A stretch of DNA of 36,062 nucleotides from a virus (lineage: Duplodnaviria > Caudoviricetes), in IMG/VR virus record IMGVR_UViG_3300017909_000575, positions 1 to 36,062 of that record; one strand, 5' to 3'. A program made the position numbers and the translations under genes. The notes under the pieces are model-generated. The model had not been told where the DNA came from. It worked only from the letters and a program-made list of their open reading frames with translations, and ran no database searches. Positions 9,245-15,604 of this stretch are shown here, in pieces. Position 1 is the first letter of the stretch. Every line of letters begins with the position of its first letter.

Positions 9245-9437
9245 GTGTTACTCCCCTCTGTTAAAGTTAAACTAGAAGGGAACAGGATGCGTGAGGTGAG
9301 GACACCCTGCTCCCATCTAGTGCAACTCCCGTCATCACCCTGCCGCTTACAGCATCGGATTGCTACGCAGACTATCGACTACCCCTCGCAGGGCATCCGT
9401 CCCGGTTATTTGTTAGGCCACCGGGAATGGCTTATTT
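9245..9437 (-). ncRNA. Putative structured leader RNA / sRNA
   Basis: About 190 nt without a credible ORF, after a strong promoter. Stems 9400-9406/9420-9426, 9338-9343/9388-9393, and a long hairpin at 9271-9321. Confidence 0.45.
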
Positions 9438-9440
9438 ACG

Positions 9441-9505
9441 AAAGTATAGACGGAACAAGATGGTGTCAAGAGGGTTGGACAAATATTTTTTATTTTTTTT
9501 TTTAT
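9441..9505 (-). promoter_or_regulatory. Strong sigma70-type early promoter with A-tract UP element
   Basis: TTGACA(9469-9464)-17-TACTTT(9446-9441), preceded by a long poly-A tract. Confidence 0.7.
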
Positions 9506-9561
9506 TCCAGCGGAACAAGAGGGAACAAGACCGTCCTGATGGTGTGTTTGTGGTGGCTCAG

Positions 9562-9621
9562 AATGTTAGCCTTGCCTAACTTTTGATGGGCTGGCTTAAA
9601 ATGTTAGCCTTGCCTAACTTT
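9562..9621. repeat. Two exact 22-bp direct repeats, each with an internal palindrome
   Basis: AATGTTAGCCTTGCCTAACTTT at 9562-9583 and 9600-9621; GTTAG-N6-CTAAC dyad. Confidence 0.9.
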
Positions 9622-9633
9622 GTTTGAGGTCAC

Positions 9634-9668
9634 AAAAAAACCGCCAGATATTTATACCTGACGGTTTT
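9634..9668 (-). terminator. Rho-independent terminator
   Basis: CCGTCAGG-loop-TCTGGCGG followed by T7, just after the GP88-like gene. Confidence 0.8.
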
Positions 9669-9671
9669 AAT

Positions 9672-9683
9672 GCCTGAGTGGAT
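9672..9683. promoter_or_regulatory. Putative operator GCCnnAGTGGAT
   Basis: GCCTGAGTGGAT between the stop codon and the terminator. Confidence 0.6.
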
Positions 9684-9686
9684 AGT

Positions 9687-10388
9687 TTACCCAATAACAA
9701 AGCCTGATTTATCCTGTTTAGCCTTACCCTTGGCATATAATGCGACAACGTGCCCGGGCTTGTCTAAAAAGCGCAAATCATCTTTATCACCATCTAAAAC
9801 AGGTAAACCCAAAAAGGTTTTGGGAATATCTGATTTATGGCGAAAAACTACGGCCATATTTTTGCCCGTAGTTTGTGCGGCTTGTTTAACTAGGTTGGCA
9901 TATTCCGGGTTTTTCTCAGAATATGACAAGGTTAAGTGATAGTTAGCTGGCAAGCTACCATATGCCCGTTTTATGTCTTTTGTGTAATCATAAAACTGAA
10001 CATTCGGGAAGTCTTGCATAATGCCAAAACGCTCAAAGCGTATATCAGAAGTGCCATTTAATCTGACACAAGCCTGAACACCCTTTTTGCGGCAATAATC
10101 AGCAAACTTTGCAATATCAGCCCGTAAATAATCCAAGAATAAATCCCGGTTATCACGATATAATATTGTTTTACGTATTCTTGCCGCCTGAACATTGTTA
10201 AAAGCACCCCGGCCAGCCGTATAGAGACAAGCCTTTTCACATCCAGCCATTACAGCCATAGGGCATAAGTTTATACCCTCAACCTGTTTAGCTGGCGCAA
10301 GATATAGGATTGCGGTTAGATATTCTGAACCGTCACCTTTAACAGTCTTGGCATTATTACCAACACCTAGCAATTTATATTTAGTCAT
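9687..10388 (-). CDS. GP88-family radical-SAM-like Fe-S protein
   Basis: NLCPMAVMAGCEKACL (Cx7Cx3C), RLNGTSD, FYDYTK, NYHLTLS, DGDKDDLRFLD; GAGGTG SD. Confidence 0.7.
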   Translation of the reverse strand: MTKYKLLGVGNNAKTVKGDGSEYLTAILYLAPAKQVEGINLCPMAVMAGCEKACLYTAGRGAFNNVQAARIRKTILYRDNRDLFLDYLRADIAKFADYCRKKGVQACVRLNGTSDIRFERFGIMQDFPNVQFYDYTKDIKRAYGSLPANYHLTLSYSEKNPEYANLVKQAAQTTGKNMAVVFRHKSDIPKTFLGLPVLDGDKDDLRFLDKPGHVVALYAKGKAKQDKSGFVIG

Positions 10389-10411
10389 TCTTCACCTCAC
10401 TAAATGTTACA

Positions 10412-10449
10412 ATCCACTAAAGATTATAATGCCTTAGTGGATATATCAA
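10412..10449 (-). promoter_or_regulatory. Sigma70-type promoter straddled by an inverted operator pair
   Basis: TTGATA-17-TAATCT; ATCCACTAA-N13-TTAGTGGAT (10412-10442) brackets the -10 element. Confidence 0.7.
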
Positions 10450-10508
10450 GATTTATTTAGTAAGGCTTATCAGGTATCACCGTAGCAATACGGTGACCCC
10501 GTTGAAGT

Positions 10509-10592
10509 TTACCAGATTAGAAGTAGCGGAATGGCTACCATCCAAGCCGTTGTTAGGCTAACGGCTAGAAGAAACTTTGCGATTTTTATCAT
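10509..10592 (-). CDS. 27-aa hydrophobic single-TM peptide
   Basis: Hand translation MIKIAKFLLAVSLTTAWMVAIPLLLIW; GAGG SD. Confidence 0.5.
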   Translation of the reverse strand: MIKIAKFLLAVSLTTAWMVAIPLLLIW

Positions 10593-10692
10593 CACGTTTT
10601 GCCTCTTTCTTTTTCTGTTTATGTGCAACCCATTTAGATATGCGAATTTGCCGCAATATCTTTTCTTCATTACGTTCCCAATAAGCCGCCAT
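10558..10692 (-). CDS. 44-aa basic hypothetical protein
   Basis: MAAYWERNEEKILRQIRISKWVAHKQKKKEAKRDDKNRKVSSSR; TAATG coupling to the upstream ORF. Confidence 0.6.
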   Translation of the reverse strand: MAAYWERNEEKILRQIRISKWVAHKQKKKEAKRDDKNRKVSSSR

Positions 10693-10907
10693 TATTTCAC
10701 CGCCAGATAGCGTTGGTTTAATGTGCGACCACTTGCCGGGAATGCATAGGCTGAAAGCTTGCCAAAATGAAAGCCTATTGAATGCTTGCCGAATGACAAG
10801 CCGTAGCGGTTATCACGGGCACGACGGCGAGTAAGCCAACGGCGAGAAATAACAACAGCTAAAGACAAGGCTACAATAGCGGCAATGGTTACATATGTAT
10901 TAGTCAT
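10692..10907 (-). CDS. Small N-anchored membrane protein; probably the first gene of the genome
   Basis: N-terminal TM helix followed by an Arg-rich segment; GAGGT SD. Confidence 0.7.
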   Translation of the reverse strand: MTNTYVTIAAIVALSLAVVISRRWLTRRRARDNRYGLSFGKHSIGFHFGKLSAYAFPASGRTLNQRYLAVK

Positions 10908-10997
10908 GATTTACCTCACTAGGTTTTGAGTGATACCGGGAAGCTACCCGGCAAGGTATCAAAAGGTGATACCTGATAAACCTTACTAAATGCGATA

Positions 10998-11032
10998 TTT
11001 ACAATTTCAAACAGCGTTAGGGCAAAACCCTA
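10998..11032 (-). promoter_or_regulatory. boxB-like hairpin followed by a boxA-like antitermination sequence
   Basis: Minus strand reads TAGGG-TTTTG-CCCTA-A-CGCTGTTTGAAATTGTAAA; compare boxA GCTCTTTAA(C/A)A. Confidence 0.5.
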
Positions 11033-11049
11033 TAATTAGAGAATATACA

Positions 11050-11353
11050 TTTATTTGTTTGATTGTGTTCTGAATGCGACACTAAAAACCCTGATTGCGT
11101 CACTATGAGAAAAAAAATAGACCACAAGACAAACAAGCCTAAACAAAAAATCAAAAGGCTTGCCCGTCACCATGCCCGGTTGATTGCTATTCTATCGGAT
11201 ACCCTTTTATTGCTTGGCTTGTGGCCGTATGTCGTGACAAATTCCGTGACAAGTGGGGTGGCCGCTTGCCTTTTTTTGGGGTGGCCGAGAGGTGGCACGG
11301 GGGAATTTTGGCCGGGACACTCTACGTACCCCTCTCAGATTTTTTTACCAAAT
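11050..11353. other. Probable genome-terminus / collapsed terminal repeat region
   Basis: Non-coding junction between the last late gene and the first early gene, with short repeats (GTGGCCG, CGTGACAA) and homopolymer runs. Confidence 0.55.
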
Positions 11354-11557
11354 TTAATGGTAGGACATCCCCTCTAGTAACCGATATTTAGCCGCTTCCA
11401 GCATCATAACTATCGTATCAAGCTCAGAGTTAGACCCAATAGACAGCCCATCTTCATCCAAAGATAGCACTACTACAGCCTTCTCACCCTTTACTAAGTC
11501 CTGAATCTTATCCTCAATGGACTCAAACAGTTTAACTACGTTGTCATTGTCGTTCAT
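11354..11557 (-). CDS. Hypothetical protein (last gene, after terL)
   Basis: 67-aa ORF with GAGGA SD, downstream of a phage promoter. Confidence 0.7.
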   Translation of the reverse strand: MNDNDNVVKLFESIEDKIQDLVKGEKAVVVLSLDEDGLSIGSNSELDTIVMMLEAAKYRLLEGMSYH

Positions 11558-11645
11558 ATAGTCCTCTATAGGTTAACTATAGGTTCATTCTTACTATTTA
11601 TTCTTATTACTAATTCTTGTAGGTGAACCTATAGTGTCCCTTTTA

Positions 11646-11664
11646 TCTAATATGGTGGGTATTA
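11646..11664 (-). promoter_or_regulatory. Phage RNAP promoter (end-proximal, phiOR-like position)
   Basis: TAATACCCACCATATTAGA immediately after the terL stop. Confidence 0.85.
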
Positions 11665-11665
11665 A

Positions 11666-13321
11666 TTATCTCAACCCTATCCAGTTCTCTGTATTTGGCT
11701 TTCTTCCCACAGAGGCTTCCATGAATTTAGCCAGTTCGATGTCTAATAGTTCTCTCTTATGGTCTGCTACGGCTTGCTGAATGTCTCTATCTAGGGTTTC
11801 TACCCAGTAGTTTACAGCTATAGACAGAGCATCAAGCCTATCGTCATGTATCAGAGAGCCTTTATCTCGTGTCAACCTTGTCAGTTGGTAGAAGAGTTTG
11901 TATTTAAGGTCTACCTCAGATTGATAGTCCTGCAATATCACCTTTTCATCCACCACAAGTCTGTGTTGGTTGAGGATAGGCTCTAGTGTGTCTATCATCC
12001 TCTTTTCTTTAGAGGTGTTGTGGCGTACCTCTTCGATGCTCACAGGGTGAATCTTAGACAACACAGGCTTCAACAACTGGGTAAACATACCGTCACCGAA
12101 GTTGCTTTCTGTAATAATTTTATTGACGTTCTGTTGCTTGGCAACCTTACTGAGAACCTCTAGGCTTTCCTCTGAGTAGCCATTCTGTAGGCCACCAGCG
12201 GCTGTCAGGTACAACTGACCCTTCATCATCTTGACTACAGCATAGGCAGATTCATCTTTACCTCTACCAGCCGGGTCAGTAGACATCACTGCACCGTCCC
12301 AAGGGGCTGTCTCATCAGAGATAGTCATGGGGGCACACCAGTAGTCGCCCTTCAGTCCCACATTAGGTAGGTGCTTGTAGGCATCTAACTGCTCTTTGCC
12401 GCTTGCCCATTGCACTTTTACAGGGGCATCTGTCCAGCTAGAGCAACCAGATACGACCATAAAGTCGTTAAGCTTGAGAGGATACTTATCAGCATCTGAT
12501 AGGCTAACATCAAGCATGAATTGTAGAGCAAAACCAGACTTTCCATAGGATGCTTCCCTTTCTAACAGGTCATCGGAGTCAAATCGCTGGGGGTCAGTCG
12601 GTTGACCCTCAAGTGTGTCTACATCTGCTACGATGGGGGCGAGTTTGTACCCGAAGGCAGTCTTCAGCCTGTCATCTGGATACCGGGAAGGCCATATCCT
12701 TGTCCTATATCCACGCTCATCTAGCAGATTGTAGATTGACATCTCTGTCTGAGGCGTACCTAGGAAGACAATACGTCCACCCGGCTTGATGATAGCCTCA
12801 AATTCCTTAATGGTTTCTGCCAGCTTGTCCCTCATCATCTGTGTCATAGAGTTATTTGCTGACTCTACGTCATCAGCAATAATAAGGTCAGCACGGCTAC
12901 CTGTAAGTTGTCCTGTAATCCCTAAAGACTTAACACTAGGGGCGTGTGAAGCCTTGGCAGGGGCGACATCAAAGCTAATCTTTGACATCCTCTGTCCATC
13001 TTTGGGCTTCAGGTGTGCCAGTATGGGCATCTCGTGGATGAGGCGTAGGGTAAAGGTAGAGAAATCATCTGCCCTAGTCTTCGATGCTGATACCACGAGG
13101 ATGTTTTTCTGTGGGTTCAGCAACAGTTGGTGGCAAACATAGGCAGATGTAATCCATGACTTACCAACGCCACGGAAAGCTTCGATGACTACCCTACGTC
13201 CTTCCTCATCCTGTAGATAATCTGAGATGTCGTACTGTAGAGGTGTTGGGTTTGGTAGGTTCAAGTGCTTCCATGCCATGTAAAGAAAGTTCTTGAAGTC
13301 CTTGATTCTATTATCTACCAC
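11666..13321 (-). CDS. terL: Terminase large subunit (T7 gp19-like)
   Basis: AFRGVGKSWIT, GSRADLIIADDVE, LGTPQ, DPAGRGKDE, HDDRLDAL. Confidence 0.97.
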   Translation of the reverse strand: MVDNRIKDFKNFLYMAWKHLNLPNPTPLQYDISDYLQDEEGRRVVIEAFRGVGKSWITSAYVCHQLLLNPQKNILVVSASKTRADDFSTFTLRLIHEMPILAHLKPKDGQRMSKISFDVAPAKASHAPSVKSLGITGQLTGSRADLIIADDVESANNSMTQMMRDKLAETIKEFEAIIKPGGRIVFLGTPQTEMSIYNLLDERGYRTRIWPSRYPDDRLKTAFGYKLAPIVADVDTLEGQPTDPQRFDSDDLLEREASYGKSGFALQFMLDVSLSDADKYPLKLNDFMVVSGCSSWTDAPVKVQWASGKEQLDAYKHLPNVGLKGDYWCAPMTISDETAPWDGAVMSTDPAGRGKDESAYAVVKMMKGQLYLTAAGGLQNGYSEESLEVLSKVAKQQNVNKIITESNFGDGMFTQLLKPVLSKIHPVSIEEVRHNTSKEKRMIDTLEPILNQHRLVVDEKVILQDYQSEVDLKYKLFYQLTRLTRDKGSLIHDDRLDALSIAVNYWVETLDRDIQQAVADHKRELLDIELAKFMEASVGRKPNTENWIGLR

Positions 13322-13572
13322 GCCTTACAACTCCAGTAACGTGCTGTTGTCTTATCTTTGGCGGTAGCGCAGTTGTGTCTTGCTCTGAAGTTCTTTCTAC
13401 GACCAGATTGGTTCTTCTTAATCTTCATCTTAGGGTCACCAAACATAACCTTAATGACACGCTTGCCCTTCTTGACATAGACCTTAGATTTCTTTCGTCC
13501 ATATCCCGGTTCACCCTTCGATATGCGGCTAGGCTTATTTAGGGTTACCGACTTACCTTTATATTGAGCCAT
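13315..13572 (-). CDS. Basic hypothetical protein
   Basis: MAQYKGK...KVMFGDP...RRKNFRARHNC...ARYWSCKAW; start moved to the ATG after AGGA. Confidence 0.75.
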   Translation of the reverse strand: MAQYKGKSVTLNKPSRISKGEPGYGRKKSKVYVKKGKRVIKVMFGDPKMKIKKNQSGRRKNFRARHNCATAKDKTTARYWSCKAW

Positions 13573-13687
13573 CTTTTTGTTTCCTAAATCTGTGTCTGAA
13601 GAACACAATGACGTTTATTGTGGTGTTCAAAGTAATCATTATTAGTAGCCACCACTGCCACCACAATAAACTGTAACCTTCAATCAT
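13559..13687 (-). CDS. 42-aa membrane peptide
   Basis: MIEGYSLLWWQWWLLIMITLNTTINVIVFFRHRFRKQKDGSI; fills the gap and overlaps its neighbours. Confidence 0.6.
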   Translation of the reverse strand: MIEGYSLLWWQWWLLIMITLNTTINVIVFFRHRFRKQKDGSI

Positions 13688-13705
13688 TTCTTCTTTGGTT
13701 TCTTC

Positions 13706-13813
13706 TTATAGCCCATCTTTTTTTACTTCCTTAACTGGTGATTTATAGGGAACTCTTCGTTTCCTATTTTTTAGCCTACTAAAATCAAAGTATTTTCTTC
13801 GACGTAAACTCAT
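13706..13813 (-). CDS. 35-aa highly basic peptide
   Basis: MSLRRRKYFDFSRLKNRKRRVPYKSPVKEVKKDGL; starts 2 nt after the upstream stop. Confidence 0.5.
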   Translation of the reverse strand: MSLRRRKYFDFSRLKNRKRRVPYKSPVKEVKKDGL

Positions 13814-13815
13814 TA

Positions 13816-13959
13816 CTAAGCCTTACGTTTTTTCTTAGGTGCAAATCCACCCTTCTTGAGTTTCATCTTCCGATAAATCTCTGGTGAGATAGTTGATTTA
13901 CTTTTAGGCCGACTTGTACCAGCCTTCTTTCTTGCGTTCATGTTTCTGTAGAGGGACAT
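13816..13959 (-). CDS. 47-aa highly basic peptide
   Basis: MSLYRNMNARKKAGTSRPKSKSTISPEIYRKMKLKKGGFAPKKKRKA; GGAG SD. Confidence 0.7.
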   Translation of the reverse strand: MSLYRNMNARKKAGTSRPKSKSTISPEIYRKMKLKKGGFAPKKKRKA

Positions 13960-14043
13960 TTAGTTCTCCAATAGGTGTTTAATGGCGATTTAAGCCCCTC
14001 TGAGTGGGGTCTTAGGGGGTGTCTGGTGGGTAGGTAGCCCAGA

Positions 14044-14259
14044 CTACTGTATGAGGTCTTCCTGCTCGTTAAATGGAAGCTCTTCTAATAGTTGAGCTAG
14101 AGCATTATTGTCTGCCGGGATAGCTGTAATATCGTTATCCTTGAGGAATTGACGGGCAACATTGAGGTCAGAAGCTTTAACTTCTGGGTCACGGATGCGT
14201 TCCAGTAGTTTCATCCCTAGTTCTGAGTGAAGGGCTTCCATGAGTTCATCTAATTTCAT
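14044..14259 (-). CDS. terS: Terminase small subunit (T7 gp18-like)
   Basis: LH..L...LL.RI...ASDLNVARQFLKDNDI...LPF pattern; position before terL. Confidence 0.85.
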   Translation of the reverse strand: MKLDELMEALHSELGMKLLERIRDPEVKASDLNVARQFLKDNDITAIPADNNALAQLLEELPFNEQEDLIQ

Positions 14260-14555
14260 TGGAATCTCCCCCCTGATAAAACTAACTTTAGCTTTTCTAC
14301 TTCAATTTCTAGTTCCTGTACCCTAGCTACGGTGTTTTGTACTTCTTTTGGTGGCTCAAAGCTGTCAATCCAGTGGTCATTCTCTTCGACTTCCTGCATT
14401 GTCAACTCAAGATTGTGTTCCAAGAAAGATATTCGCTCTGTCAACCCGAAGTAGACCCACACAGACACGGCTGTGAAGGCAATCATGGATACAAGGTTTC
14501 TCAATGGGATAGTAATCTCACTGCCCTCATTGAGTCGAGTTACTGCTCTGGGCAT
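14256..14555 (-). CDS. Membrane-anchored coiled-coil hypothetical protein
   Basis: One TM segment followed by heptad repeats; translationally coupled to its neighbours. Confidence 0.7.
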   Translation of the reverse strand: MPRAVTRLNEGSEITIPLRNLVSMIAFTAVSVWVYFGLTERISFLEHNLELTMQEVEENDHWIDSFEPPKEVQNTVARVQELEIEVEKLKLVLSGGRFQ

Positions 14556-14941
14556 TATTTCTTACCCCCGAACATCTTGGTTGCGCCTTTGATACCAAAG
14601 GATGCTGATACGATTACACCAAGGGTATATTTGTACCAATCAGGTGTGAGTGCCAACGCCGCAAAGCCACGTTCAACGTACTCGACAGTCCACGGCAGGA
14701 AACAAAGCAACAGGGGAATCGAGAACAAAATTGTTAAATACTCGTCCTTCCAGCTTTCCTTTGAGCCTTTGACTGCTTCTACGTCCCATTCGATTTCACC
14801 AGCAATTTGCTTTTCCATGAGGCTAGTTTCTGCCTCAATCTTGACGAGCTTTTGCTTGGCCTTTGCTTTCTTAGTTTCGATGAAACCTTCGACAGCATTA
14901 CTGGCTACACCAAACAGCCCTTGTAGTAATACGTTAATCAT
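14555..14941 (-). CDS. Putative holin (GTA 3TM holin-like)
   Basis: SWKDEYLTILFSIP...GFAAL...PDWY...ASFGIK pattern; position before terS. Confidence 0.7.
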   Translation of the reverse strand: MINVLLQGLFGVASNAVEGFIETKKAKAKQKLVKIEAETSLMEKQIAGEIEWDVEAVKGSKESWKDEYLTILFSIPLLLCFLPWTVEYVERGFAALALTPDWYKYTLGVIVSASFGIKGATKMFGGKK

Positions 14942-15408
14942 TAGTTTGTCCTAACTGCAATCGAAAGCATCCACAGGAAGTAAGCTAATATAGCTCCCCC
15001 TAGTAGAATAAAAATACCAGCTACGGCATATTCTATAATCTGTTCACGCTTTCGTTTTATTTCTTCGGCTTGCTGTTGACGCTTTTTACGAGCTTCAACC
15101 TGAAACCTGACCCAATCGCTGTGGAGTCCCGGCCTACCGTACAGCTTCATGGCAGACTCTAGTTCAGCTTTCTTAGCCCGAAGCTGTTCCAGAGCCATAA
15201 ACTCTTCTAGGTCATCCCCAGCGTTACCGCCTACTTTGCGCCAGAAAGAGTTTTTCTTTTGATTACCACGTTTCTGTAGTTCGTCCTCTGCATTGACAAA
15301 CTGGGCGATAGCTTTACCAGCGGAAGCGAGTTCCCTACCGTTGGCAAGAGTTTGTTTTATAACGGAAAAAGCGGCGTTAGCCGCCGCCAACTCTGCCAAC
15401 ATAAGCAC
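14941..15408 (-). CDS. Hypothetical protein with C-terminal TM
   Basis: Helical, charged body followed by one TM; GTG start with AGGGG SD. Confidence 0.75.
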   Translation of the reverse strand: MLMLAELAAANAAFSVIKQTLANGRELASAGKAIAQFVNAEDELQKRGNQKKNSFWRKVGGNAGDDLEEFMALEQLRAKKAELESAMKLYGRPGLHSDWVRFQVEARKKRQQQAEEIKRKREQIIEYAVAGIFILLGGAILAYFLWMLSIAVRTN

Positions 15409-15427
15409 ATCCCCCTAGTTTTTCATG

Positions 15428-15604
15428 TTACATTTTCATAAGAAGTGAAGAAGCAAGGCCAACCACAATTACCGTTGACCCCATAATCATAGCTTCAAGT
15501 CGCCACATTCGTTTGTCGAGTGCGTCCAGCTTGTCCTGTACGGAAGCATATCGGATAGCACACTCTCGCTCGTGAGCGTCTAGTTGTGCTTGTGTCTCAT
15601 CCAT
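15428..15604 (-). CDS. 58-aa coiled-coil + TM protein (XhlA-like architecture)
   Basis: MDETQAQLDAHERECAIRYASVQDKLDALDKRMWRLEAMIMGSTVIVVGLASSLLMKM; TAATG coupling. Confidence 0.7.
   Translation of the reverse strand: MDETQAQLDAHERECAIRYASVQDKLDALDKRMWRLEAMIMGSTVIVVGLASSLLMKM

Larger units (their letters stand above)
10455..10991. repeat. 27-bp inverted repeat (1 mismatch) enclosing 483 bp
   Basis: ATTTAGTAAGGCTTATCAGGTATCACC (10455-10481) versus GGTGATACCTGATAAACCTTACTAAAT (10965-10991). Confidence 0.92.

Noticed and set aside
9134-9586. 150-aa plus-strand ORF across the structured leader
   Set aside because: Non-ATG start, runs through a poly-T tract and promoter, opposes genome polarity, and does not look like a protein.
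9562-9621. Mini-CRISPR interpretation of the 22-bp repeats
   Set aside because: Only two repeats with a 16-bp spacer and no cas genes; an operator pair is more parsimonious.
11063-11377. 104-aa plus-strand ORF in the terminal region
   Set aside because: Low-complexity translation of a repeat-rich region on the wrong strand.
14022-14036. TACCCACCA partial match to the phage promoter after terS
   Set aside because: Only 9 bp match; it lacks the TAA upstream part and the TAT initiation region.
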